A DNA stretch of 64,000 bases from Lepidodermella squamata (Eukaryota; Animalia; Gastrotricha), in the NCBI GenBank assembly GCA_047495785.1, contig JBLDXI010000009.1, forward strand, positions 186,001 to 250,000, given 5' to 3'. The notes under the pieces are model-generated. The model searched no databases and had not been told where the DNA came from. It worked only from the letters and a program-made list of their open reading frames with translations. Below are positions 25,749-38,200 of the stretch, one piece after another (the first letter of the stretch is position 1; each line of letters opens with the position of its first letter). Made by a program: the position numbers and the translations under genes.

Positions 25749-27832
25749 TTAGTTGAGGGCTAGATTCCAGTACTGTGGCAGCCTATTGCCGGTAGAAGAT
25801 GTGCCGGCGGGTGTGCCAGTGGTATTGAACAAATAAGAGCCAAATTGGTGGTGAGGCAAAAATTGCCGAGAGTTAGGCACCGCATTTGCCTGCTCAAGAC
25901 TATGTGAGGTGAGGATGGATGACATCATAAAAGGACTTTGAGCGTCACCCGGCGAGTCGGAGTAACTGTTGATCAGGCGTGACGATGAGGAAGGCGAAGG
26001 AGTAGACCCAGTCAGGGCTAGGACCTTCTGCTGCAGAAATGCATTGGCCATCTCAGCCGAAGAGCCACCCGAGCCGCTGGTGGACGGGGGAGAATAGTTG
26101 CTGCCAACAGGCGGATTCAAGGCAGCAAGGAAAGAAGGCGATAGCAACGACTGTTGGTTCGTTTGATTTAGAAGTTGCGATTGGCGATTACTTTGTCCTG
26201 CAAGCGCGGGCAGCGTTGGAGGTAGGGCGAGGCCGCTCAGTTGAGGAGGTTGTATCTGAGGCAACTGGGGCGAAGGTGACGAAAGTAGGAAAGACGATGC
26301 GTCAGACGCACAAGATGATGAGTCTTCCAGAGCGGCTGTCACAATAAACACGTTAATTTATATTTTCTAAGGCAGCAGCGTAATTCTTTACCTAAGATTG
26401 GGTCAACTTTTTTTCTTTTGGCGGGCCGATGCTCAGCCGTCGCCCTATTGTTACAGGGCCCAGCAGCGGAAACAAGAGACGGCTTGGCTTGTCCTTCATC
26501 AGCATCTTCATCATCGAGTCCACCTTTTTGTTGGTCTGGAAAACAGGAATATTAAAAACGGACCTTCAGCAACGAGAGAGTGGCTTCAAACCTTTCTTGT
26601 ACTTGGTTCGGCGGTTCTGAAACCATATTTTGACCTAAATTACTTGGCTTTTAAATTCGATTGTTTCACGCAAGTATGCAATCTACCTGTGTTTCCGACA
26701 GTTTCAGACGCTTGGATAGCTCATGTCGGTCTTTTCCAACCAAGTATTGATTGCGCTCGAATTCCTCCTCTGATGAACAGCAAAATAAGTGATTTGTACG
26801 TGCAATTTGACTTGTTATACAATACCTAGAAGCTGTAATTGCTCGGCGGTGAAATTAGTACGAGGTCGCTTAGGCCGGTCAAGGTCGAGAGCTTTCGGGA
26901 AGATAAGCTCGCGCACAACACCATTTGAATCTGTCGAGGTAAATTTAAGAGAAAATTTAATAATTTTGATATGAAAAAGTTACTACTATAAGTGCAATGA
27001 GCACTAACCAACTGGAAAACGCACAATTACTTGAGGTTTTGATGAAACCTATAAGTTTGTCTATACAAACCAGAGTTGTAGCTGCCAACGGGGCTAAAAT
27101 TGTGGGTCCAATACGACCCGATCCGGAGTTAAAGCCAGACGAATTTCCAGGATTCCGATCAGGGACTTGACTTCCTTTTTAATGGCATAGTCATCCTAAC
27201 GATGCGGAAATCGTTTATCCTTCGATTTTCCCACTAATAGCTGTCATTCAAGTGTTGTTACTAGCTGAAACGTTGTACGGTGTCAAGAAAACTGTAGCTT
27301 TTGCAGCCAAGTGGTAAGCGCCAAGTAATTACCCTAATTCCGTTAAAGAATCGGGAATTGAACCAAGAGGCAAATTAGATTAACAGCAATTCGAAAACTC
27401 GAGCTGTAGCTATTGGGCCAATAGAGATAATGTCCTGTTTTTTAACGCTCCATAGCAGCATAGTTGTAACTTAATATTTCACCGAAATTGCCTGCTTTGG
27501 CTTCATGAATAAATTTCATCGAGCCAGAAATATGCCAAGTAATGCACAATTCGAGGAACTAAATCTTGCATTGTAAGTAATATATAGCATGATGTAGATT
27601 ATTTAACCTTCGTAGGCTGTCTCCCTAGAGCCCCCACTTAATTCAAGGCAATATTTCAGTTGGTTCTGTTAATTAACGATCAGCCTTGGTTTTCAATGCG
27701 ATTTTCACATTGCGATGTTGGAATCATGTCCATAGTGTATGATATAAGACGAAGATTACCTGTGACGGTTAAGGTCTTGCAGTGATTGGGATGCTTCCGT
27801 TTAAGCTCTTGCAGTTCGTCGTCGATCTTCAT
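25749..27832 (-). CDS. Vax: Vax-family homeodomain transcription factor, 344 aa (not evident from the ORF track)
   Basis: Exons 27832-27760, 26930-26826, 26769-26687, 26634-26592, 26535-26392, 26335-25749 encode [74 protein letters not shown]. The LDLDRPKR lead-in is Vax-diagnostic. Confidence 0.93.
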
Positions 27833-30269
27833 GGAATAAATTTGTTAGATGCCCTATTCTATGCAATGGTAAGAAAGGAATGATGTATGTATATGTATGT
27901 ATTTCTGTGATGAAGGGAGATGAGCTAAAAAAAATCATCGATGGAAAGCTTTAGATTTATAGCTAGCACAGAGTAAAGCTCAATTGAGGCACTAATAGGC
28001 TTTTGCTGCCGCGCACCGTCAGCCACTCGTGAACCGCGACACTTTTCGAGCATTCCTATTGGTCGGTTTCGCATGCAGCAGCGGCCAATCAGCGTTCAGT
28101 TGCGCGTCACACCACAGCAAATTCACTAGCTTATGCGCGCGCGCGGGGCGACGAGCAAACAACGGCGAAAAACAATAAAGATTAAGAATAAATGTGACTA
28201 AAGAGCCTGCGCTCCGTTTCAATAATTCAGCCGTCGTTCTTTTGACAATGTGTGACAAATTTTATTGCGATACACTAAATATCCTACCAATGGCGCATGT
28301 TATCTTATGAGAAACTAATAACGCCCAAAACTTGTGTTTTTCTGCCCGGTCAGTTGATCGTATCGCTTTAAGCCTACAAATACCGACGGGCATCGTTAAT
28401 ATTCAAATTTCCTTCGAAGGTAAGCGCTCGATATCATTTAAAAATTAATCCGCAAAATATGACCATATCGAGCTGGCGTGTAAATAAAATGATCTCGGAA
28501 TGAAACTCTTAGAGTCTTAGAAGTGAAGTGATAATTCTGAGAGGATTCACGATGTGATTGAGATATATGAAAATCCTCTTGCTTTCCGGAGCTAACTGCT
28601 ACTACAGCTTCCAAGCAAACGCGACACCTGTCCTTTTCGCGACAACACTGCTCGATCACACTCCGCACGCCTCTCGGAAGCGGCGATTTACTATTGGCGA
28701 GGAACAGCTGTTTGAGCCAAGTTCCGCGCCGCTGTTCGAGTCCAATTGAAAAATAATTATATTTTCGACATCAATTGATTGTCGACGATGCTGCTACAAG
28801 CTATTCAATTATGCCAGATGTTGGGGTGTGAACGTTCAAAATGGCTCGTTTAATAGGTTTATAGAGCACCTACCATTGTGTCGAGATGACGTATTACATG
28901 GCATTAAAAATGCGACTTTCCGATCGCGCAGTTCACTCCTCGTCAATTCGCGCGCCGCGCCTATTGCCGCGCCTCGTTCAAAGTTGAAGAGCACTCATGC
29001 GCTCGCTCGGCCCGTCAATCATAGTTTTCATTGCCATCATCATTATTATTACCAAGCTATTATTGTTCTTGTTATTGCTGTGTTGTGATTACACAAAATT
29101 AATAATCATATATACACACACACGTGGCATTTAGCAAGTGCGAAACCAAAGTTCATCGGCATCTCTGTTCCAAAAATAGACTTATATGTGCAAGCCGGCG
29201 ATGCACTTTTCAACGACGGATGAAAACCGACGCCGATGGTCGAGGTGACGCGAGCTACCGTAACCGCTTTCGCTGTGGGATGTACGGTGACCATCATTAT
29301 TTACAGCCTTTGAGCTTCATAGAGTGAATAAATCTCGGGTCTCAATTTATTAATAAAACAATTAGCTGAGAGAACGCCGCGCTAGACTCCGCACAAGTGA
29401 CTGCGTAAGTAAGCGAGCGCGATCTATATCAACGTGGTGTGTAAGATGACATTTTTCTCAACTGGGTTAATTAGGAAAACAGTTGTGATATTTATTATCA
29501 AGTATTATCACCGTAATTATTTAATCTTCTAGGCTTTCGTTGGCTGCAGTGCGCAGAGTGCTCGGCTGCTATATACATCAGTCCCGCTGTTTGAAACCAG
29601 CTCGATTTTATTGTCAGGCTAATGACTGGAGCTGCAGGTGAGAATACCTACGGCTGTCAATCTAAACAAATTAATTTTCATTAGCGTATACCTATTTGTA
29701 TGTAATTGTTTTACGGGTGCAGGAAAGCGCAACATGGATAGAAGCGCTTATTCGCATTATCGGCATGTATTAAAAAAAACTAATTAAGCCGCAGTAATGG
29801 CAGAGCTTATAAACTTATTACCTACGCTATTTACATGCCCACATTATAAACCTCACCGCCGCATAGCTTCATGATTTTATATTCAGACTAAAACGCTATT
29901 GTTCGGCGGATAATTAAATTTAAATGACCATGTTCGCCCGGTGATTTCCTGACTAGACTGGTAAAATGTTTCCTTATTTTTTCTCATGCAATCCCAATGT
30001 GGATTTCTGAATTCTTATAATTTTCTTTATTTCTCAGCCTACGTGTTGAGTTTATCGTGACAGCCTTAAAAAAATGACAGAGAGTACCAGATCAGAAAAC
30101 AGTATTATTTGCCTGAAAAGGTAGATTTAAAGTATGCTGGTCGTAGATGATCTGAAAGACACGAAAATGTGAAAAAAACAACCGATTTATATCCGGGAAA
30201 AATAACTATAACCGTGAAAAATCCGCCCAGTAGCATCAGATCACCCCAAAAAACTTGGGTGATCTTTTT

Positions 30270-31130
30270 AGCGTCTGACCGAAGCGCTGGCCCGTCACCT
30301 TCCTTCTTCTTTCCTTCTTCATCATTTCCATTCTTCCTCTCTTCCACGCCCATCTTTTTCCAATAGCGTACGCCTCTCAGCCAATATCCGAGCCTGGAGC
30401 CTGCCGTCTGCCTTTGAATCCTTTAAAGGCATTCATTCTAATATATTTGTCAAGACCACTGCTGTTTACTGCAGCTGCTTCATCGGATGTTTCGAATACA
30501 TGGTCTTGAAAGACAGAAAATTGGTCGCTTGAATATTAAAACTAACCGTATAGGAAATCTGTAGGGAATCCAGTTATCCAGTTACATCAGTTTGCTTAGA
30601 GTCCCGAAACACAGACTTTAAAGTAAGCGGTTGCAATATGAATAAAATCTCGAACGTGGAATCAACACAGCCCAGAGCAGATTGAGGATAATTTATCCGC
30701 CTTACACCGTACAGGTTTGATACGAGCTTGATATGCAACGGACGACTTCTTGTTTCGATCCGTGTTCTCCTTATCGTTCTCAACCTAACAAGCGCCCTAT
30801 TGAAACCGGGCTAGTGAACGCGATGGGTTTACAGATGAATGCTTGGCACATATTTATTTAGTAAAAAGATAACTCGAGCGACATTGATTTGACCCAAGTA
30901 GATTCAAATCACACAATATTGCGGGAAGGTAATTGAGGATCATAAACTCCCTGACGTGGCTATATTCCAGCTCACGAATCGAATAAATTCCTAGGTCGTC
31001 CACGAGTTTTTTATGGTAAGACGACAAAACAATGACAAGTTTTATTTTTCCTCCTTTACCAGCCCATAGTTGGCTGATGGCAGAATTTTGCACAACTAGA
31101 GGAGCCGTTATTCTATTCTTAAATGAATCC
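30270..31130 (-). mobile_element. Possible highly degenerate LINE 3' ORF2 remnant
   Basis: Broken frames with LINE-like fragments (VREFMILNYL, LYGV, RLGYWLR). Weak. Confidence 0.25.
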
Positions 31131-33331
31131 ACCGGACGTTTATGTAACCATTTTCAGTTCTGGATTGAGTTGTTTGGAAGTTCAGTTTTCAGGTGATTAC
31201 GGAGTACCTCAGAAATGACGAATGTTAGTCGACCTTGTCAGCTATCAGCTATCAGCTATCAGTTCAGGATGGAACCTTTCATCCATATGACCAACGTCAC
31301 CTGCTCCATTCGCGAACTTTGCATAAAGATGACGGCACCTTGCATAAAGAACTTGGCGCCAAGTCAGCCTATTTCGCCGCCGATATACCCATGTGTGAAA
31401 ACGAGCTTTTTCAGATGTTCGAGAATTGAAACAAGCCGTATGGTTTATTTTCCAGATTTCGACAATTAATTTTGTTCACAAAAATTACGTTGAAGAGCTA
31501 TTCGAAATCAATCGGATATCCCGCTCCAACGAAAAATATAATGTTTGAAAAAAACTTCGGTTAAGTACTTGAATGATGCAGAATGATGTCTCGAGCTACT
31601 TCATTTCTAACAATTTACAGTTTTTGTATCAAGGGCTAGCATTTGAATGAATACCGTTCTCGAAGAAGACAATTATTCAAAGAAATCTTGCGAAACGATA
31701 GCCGATCGACGCGAAACAAGTTGTTAGCTCAACAGCCTTGTCCCATCAAAACTAGCTCACAAGACTGGCCTCACTTATGGCTGTGAATTCTATTGTAGCA
31801 AACTGTCGTTTTTGGCTTTCGGCGATAGAAACGTGATAAATAAGTATGGATCTAGGCTTGCAAACCAAACACGCAGATTCAGCTCTATGACCACCGGATG
31901 AATATTTCTAACGTATGTCTATCAGTTAATTTTTTCAACTTCCAAATGTTCAAAAACCATGTTAATTCAGCAATGCCAATGCAAGGAATCAATAACTTAG
32001 CTAGTGTTCCAAGTCAGAGTACTACAAACATTCAGTTAGTTACAGTTCCAGCGTATGAAAAAAATTGCGATAAGCTGTTTTCCACAGATGCATTAAATTA
32101 CATTTCATTTTTAAATCTCTTTTTGAACATGGAGCTTAAATTGGAGCCGATATTCTTTAGGAAACATTTCTTCTCTTCACCCTATCAAATAAAAACATCT
32201 GATGACATTTAGCCCAAATCAATAAGACTCAAATCAGACCATGCGGGTAAATGTCGCCGCCGACTTCTAATTCATTTTCTTATAATTTAGAATCAATTAT
32301 GCGCTGTAAGTGAGATTTTCTTCATTCCTTCATCGTGCAAGAATGTAACAACTGAAGTCCGTGAGAATTAATGCGCGGAAGTGTATGTTTAGTATCAGTA
32401 ATGGTGTATGTAATTCATAGGTATGTTATATGCTGCTGTATATGATGTAGCAAGTTTAAGGTATTATCGTAATATTAAAAATAAAATGATAATAATACAC
32501 ATTTATCGAGTTTTGAGATCGAATAAGATTTGATGCAAAATTGAAGGAGACAAAAATACAGCTAAAGATGGCGTGATCATCGGCATCATCAACCGGATAT
32601 TCATACCAAAGTATACCATCATAGTAAATCAAGGATTTCTTCCGAAGATGGGATTGAATCAACTTCCAAGGTATATTATAGAAATTGACGAAAGAAAACA
32701 GTATGTTTCGACAAGCTACATATTCACGGTTAATCGCTCCGGAAATGATGAAGCTCTCAAAACCAGCTTCGACAAGATATAGCGTGATGTCATCATCATT
32801 AATAAAACCGTAACTGTAATATAACTGAGCGATGTAATATCATGAAATAGCCAATAAGCGGCCCTCTATATCGGTGAGCTCGACTTGTTGTAGGTAAACG
32901 GCAAAACTTCGATTTTTAAATGACGAGATCTGCTCGCCGTTTCGCACACCAGCCGAATGAAAGTTATGCGTATACAGTAGTTCTGATTACAGTTGAGTTG
33001 AGAGTTGTTGTTGTTTTGCTTGCGACAATGCCGTGATCGGTATGTGCAATGCGCAATGCCAATAAACGAAGGCCATAGAAGTAGGGCTACTTTCGGTTGA
33101 AAGATATATAACTGCAAAACTGAGAGAGTTTTCCGAAACTTTCTCAATCGCCGGTCGTATGAGTTGTCGTTCATTTTCAAGAATTATAATTTAAAAGAAT
33201 AATTTATCTTTACATAAGTTTGAGGAAAAATCCGAAGAAAGGTGTGTAGAGACTTTTAAATGATTCTGTTTTTTTTTATGCAAAGGGAAGAACTTGGCGA
33301 ATTGAAAACGTTAGCGTCGTTGCAGCGCGAG

Positions 33332-35296
33332 TCAATGATGATGGCCAGCACCGCCACCGCGCTCGGCCATCTCATACCGCGAAACGGTATCGGCAGCCGC
33401 TGATGTCGACGCAGCATCAGAGCACGATCGACTTTTTTTCATGTCTTGGCCGCCAGCACCTGATTTGTTCATAATTGATCCTCGACCATACATATCCTAT
33501 AGTAAAATGTTGAGTTGGATATAAGTAATAACAAGAGGGAATTCAGCAGTATAGCTTACCGCGTATGCTTCGTTTCGCAAGGTTGAGTTGAGCGTGCGGC
33601 ACCGGCATCGCAAAATTTCAACGAATGGACGCCGAATGTCGCGGTTGTATAGGGCATTGATTATGGGGTTACACATGCTTTTGGCGTAGCCGAGCCACAG
33701 AAGGACCGCAAAGAGAGTCATAGGCACACATTCTGGTACAGATCCACACCTGGAGTATAAATAGCATGTCTATGACTAAAATATCTCTGTTACTGATGTT
33801 ACCCACCTTCGAAGGGCGTTGACAAGTTGCATCGTAAAAAATGGCAGCCAACACAGTAAAAAAGTGCCCAGAAATACGCCGAGAGTGTTGACGGCTTTCA
33901 GCTCTCGATTTTCGTTCCCGCTACTCGACGACGCAGAGCCGAACGGACGCAGCACTTTGGAGATGCGAGTACGAAAGCCGGCGACAGGCGGGCGGTGACT
34001 GGACTTGAGCGACGGCCGCTTTCCTTGCATGCCGTTCGCCGGCGAGTCAGCAGCGTTTACAGCTTCTGCAAAGAGGAACATTTGAATATGCAATAACTAT
34101 AAATCAAGGCCGAGCTTCACTGACCTGCATCTTGCGCAGCGACTGCTGGGTCAGTCAGCTGCAAGCCTAACTCAGCGTTGCCTTTATGGCTGCGGTTGCT
34201 TGGCACGGCCGGCGCAGTGGAAGAGTGAACTAAAGAAGTTTGTTCGTTCGCTTTCGAGCGGTTCGTCTCTCGATCGGCCCTTGCCATTTTAGACACGATG
34301 AAGAAAATTCGAAAAGTTACATAGATGATAACTCCAGTTGGTACAAAGAAAGCAACCAGTGTGGCATAGAGCTAAGATGATAAAAGGAAGATATAAGTGA
34401 TTTCAGAATAAAGCTCAGACTAAATTTACCTGGAAGCCCAAGTCCGTAGGGTAAGAGCATTCTGAAAACAAGTTAAATCATATAAGCTTCCGCACGATTA
34501 TTAAAATTGAGCCATTTACCACCACGATTTCGCTCTGTTTTCCATCCAAACACCGCAGGCAGAGATACCGCAGCAGCCAGAGCCCAGGATATGAATACGA
34601 GTAACAACATAAATTTTGGAGTTCGTCGCTGTCCATATTGAAATGGCTTCTGTAAGGCGTAATAACAAAAACATGTAGACATTTACTCGGATAAGTTATA
34701 GTGTGATTTTTTACCGTAATGACGAGAAAGCGATCTAGACTGATGGCGGCGAGGTTCAAAATAGAAGCAGTACAGAACAGCATGTCAAGACAGACAAAAA
34801 TATCGCAGACGAGATTTGACAAAGGCCAATCTCCCCCATTCAACTCTGAAATGGCAGCCAGTGGCATTACAAGAGCGGCGATACCTGTAAGAAAAAATTA
34901 GTGGTGACTTCAAAAAATCTATCATTTTGAAAAATATCTACCGAGATCCGTCGTCGCCAAGGATACGATAAGGAAGTTATAAGGAGTTCTGAGGCGTTTG
35001 ACGAGAAGAACACTGAGAATCACAAGAGCGTTGCCGCAGATAGTACCGAGCATGAGAAAGCCGATGGCTATGGCGACAAGAACCGACCAATTGCTCCTCG
35101 GGAAGATGAATGGCACCGGTGAGTCATCGGTGCCATTGGAGACATCTATGCCCATGATGTTGGCCTCGTTTTGGCCATCGCCACCAAATGACCCACTGCC
35201 GCCTTCTAGATAGGGAAGGTCGCCGCTTGAACGTACCATGCCTCCGCTTCCGAAGTTGAGGCTCAGTGACGGGTCGAAATAGCTAAGTTGATCCAT
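33332..35296 (-). CDS. Class A aminergic GPCR, most similar to 5-HT7 serotonin receptors
   Basis: GNALV, KRLRTPYNFLIVSLATTDL, D3.32 in CLDMLFCTASILNLAAISLDRF, KPFQYGQRRTP, CWLPFF and LWLGY..NRDIRRPFVEIL resemble invertebrate 5-HT7. Multi-exon; ATG 35296, TGA 33332-34. Confidence 0.8.
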
Positions 35297-38200
35297 GCTC
35301 AGTTTGACTGAAAAACGTAAAGTTGCAGGGTAAAACGAAAAGAATTTCCTTATAGACACAATATTTATAAACGCGCACTTGCTCCACACCTACTAATTCT
35401 ACTACGAGACCATGAGACTCATCGATGATATGCGAAAAAATGGCCAAGCCGCAGGGATAGCGGTATTATTTCGGCTTATTTAATTGGTGGCACATTTCAG
35501 CTGGCCATCAAGTAAACACGGCGCGGCGTAGAAAACTAGCCACTGTCCATCCCAAATTTCATAAATTGAATACCCAGTTGGCTTGTCTATGCGCAGTATA
35601 TTATTACGAATAGCTATTTCCGATATAAAACGATCTTTTTGAGGACTTTTCGTTGCCTATTAGTACCGGAGACTGAAAAAAATCACGATGCGCTGTCTAT
35701 TGCTGGGCAAATAAAGCAGAGCCAATAGCGATTAAGCACTTAACGAAAATTGATGGTCTGAACAATCACCAACTAGCAATCACTCGAGTTTTGTAAATAA
35801 AAAAATTACATACCTTCAAGGGAACCGGGATTCGTATATACCACGCACTTCGGTAGTACTCAGTGATTAAGTTTGATCGATGCTCGTCACAACAGGTTAT
35901 TGATTAGATAATTCAAGGAGTTGCAAATGCCCCTTGATGTTGTTGGTGCGTTGGATGGCTAGCACCTGATTAATGTCGCCCAAGTAGCGGATAGATAAGT
36001 CTATGCACTTGACACTCAGCCGCCGCTTCCGCGTTGCAGTTTCTTCTGCTGGATAGGTGAGGAGCTGGCGATGGAAGCAGTATTAACAACCGAGCACAGT
36101 TGCCGATCATTGATCATTTATGCCGTCGCCGTCAAAGTAGCCGACTTGCCCGGTTATTCTCCAGGTAGCAATTGTCATAATAACAGGAACAGATGAGAAT
36201 GATATCAGCCAACAATTACAGACGATGTACAACGCCAAAGTTCGAAAAACCCATAAACGCACCACCAAGATACTCTTTATGTCTCAAATCTTAAAAACAA
36301 CTAGTAGGCGTAAAGACATTTTAGAAAAGGCAATCATATATAATTGATTAGAAGCAAGTGTTGGGATGAAGAGCAACAGAGTCATATAACAGCTATAAGC
36401 AAAACTTACAGGTGATTCGTATATTTATTCGGTCATTCCATTTTAAAGCGATGATTATGACGAAAGCATCATCATTGAGAGCCGCGGAATTCATGTAACC
36501 TTATCCCGCTTTCATGTCGAAAAATTATCAGTTATTGCATGAGCAGTAAACAGGCCGATAAGACAGGCGCGCCATCTTTTCAGGCCGCCTTTCAACTTTG
36601 ACAATGAGCTCCAAATAACTTGGAGATTCTGTTTAATTGACATTTACCTGTATATAGCCTTGCGAATCTTACTCATCATCGGCAAGCCAGATGAAAAATG
36701 TTATTGACAAGCGGCCGGGTAAAGTAAAAAAGAGCTCAAGATTATGAAAAGCACGAAAAGCGACTGCTGCGGCTTGGAAACGACGTGAAAGCTATGGGCT
36801 ACGGAGGCGCAGCGGACGAACGACGTGAATGGGATAGCTGCTCTGTCCACACGGTATGTGTCCTGAGCGCCGAGCGAGCCTTTACGAGTCACATCGCTGT
36901 TTATGACCGGTGGCTCTTTTCAGCAGGATAGACACTGAATTTCTGCGCTGTTATTGCGACAATTTGATCGCCGACGTAAATAGATTGCGGCTGCTGAAAG
37001 AAACATATTGCCTGTGAAAGCGAATACGCTGGTTGGTAATAATATAGATGCCCGCACGGTGCAATTTATCGCTTGCTATTCCACGATGGGCTGTATGAGG
37101 CAGACCAGCTTATTCTTACAAAATGATGCTAGCTATTTTAATATAAAAACACAAGACGGGTAGCTATTTTTAAATCCGCTCAAATGAGAACACTTACACG
37201 GGATCAATGCCGGCTAGATATAAAAAGCGCGTTCAAGGTTTAGCTGCGAAAGATAAATGCACATATATAAATATACGCTTCCCGCAGGTGCGCCGTGAAC
37301 TTGTCGCAGAGGTGCAATTGACCGCTACTATATATGGCAAAGGGCTACCTTGATTTTCATCGATGTGTATCGGCTTGAGCTAATTGCCTCTTCACTTATA
37401 CAAGAAATTGCAATGACATGCAATATATTCAGTAATAAAGTTGAAAAAAATCGCTTTGCCACAAGCTACACGGGAGAAATTCGGCTTCGATTTAAAATTT
37501 GCTATGCATGAGATTCAGATAATTATAAGGTCCAGGCGTTGTTCCTAACTCGGAGAGCATTACTCTCGTAAACATTAAAATTCTTCATCTACATATACCT
37601 AATATCAAATAATCTAATTGTCAGATTTATAGTGTGAAGAAGATATACCATCACTTTTAACAAGTTATGTTATTGCATGAGAGATGCTCTACGTGAAAAC
37701 GTTACAATAATCATATTTCACGTTGTGGGCGCGTGCGGATGAGTGGCGTAACCCTTAACGCTTGGTCTAAATTCCATCGGCATAAATAGTATCATTTTAC
37801 AGGCGAACGCGAGAGACGGCACATAATTTGACTGCAACAAGTACCTACGGCTGGGATTGAGCAACCGCCGGCGCGACTGGCGCTACTAGGCAGCGATTTT
37901 CGGCTCCATGTCATCTCCAGGATGAGAAACGCAGCAAAATAAAAACCGAGCTAATTTGTCGAGATTTAATTAGCGGTTTTTTATTCAACAGAATGGGCCT
38001 AATATCGCTTAAAGCGCGAAGTTAGGCGATGCTGTGCGAACAATAAGGGAATAAAAAATAAAAAGTAAAACGCAACGCAGCAGCGTAGGCTCGTAGGGCG
38101 GGACGTGTGGCCTCGTTGTTGCCGAGAGTAGAAAAATGCATAACTACAGTAAAAAATAATGCCGTATTATATTTTCATTATTTTATTATTGCATTTCATA

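Noticed and set aside
31238-31262. (CAGCTAT)3 and similar short tandem repeats (53580-53640, 43832-43851)
   Set aside because: Ordinary microsatellites with no higher-order structure.
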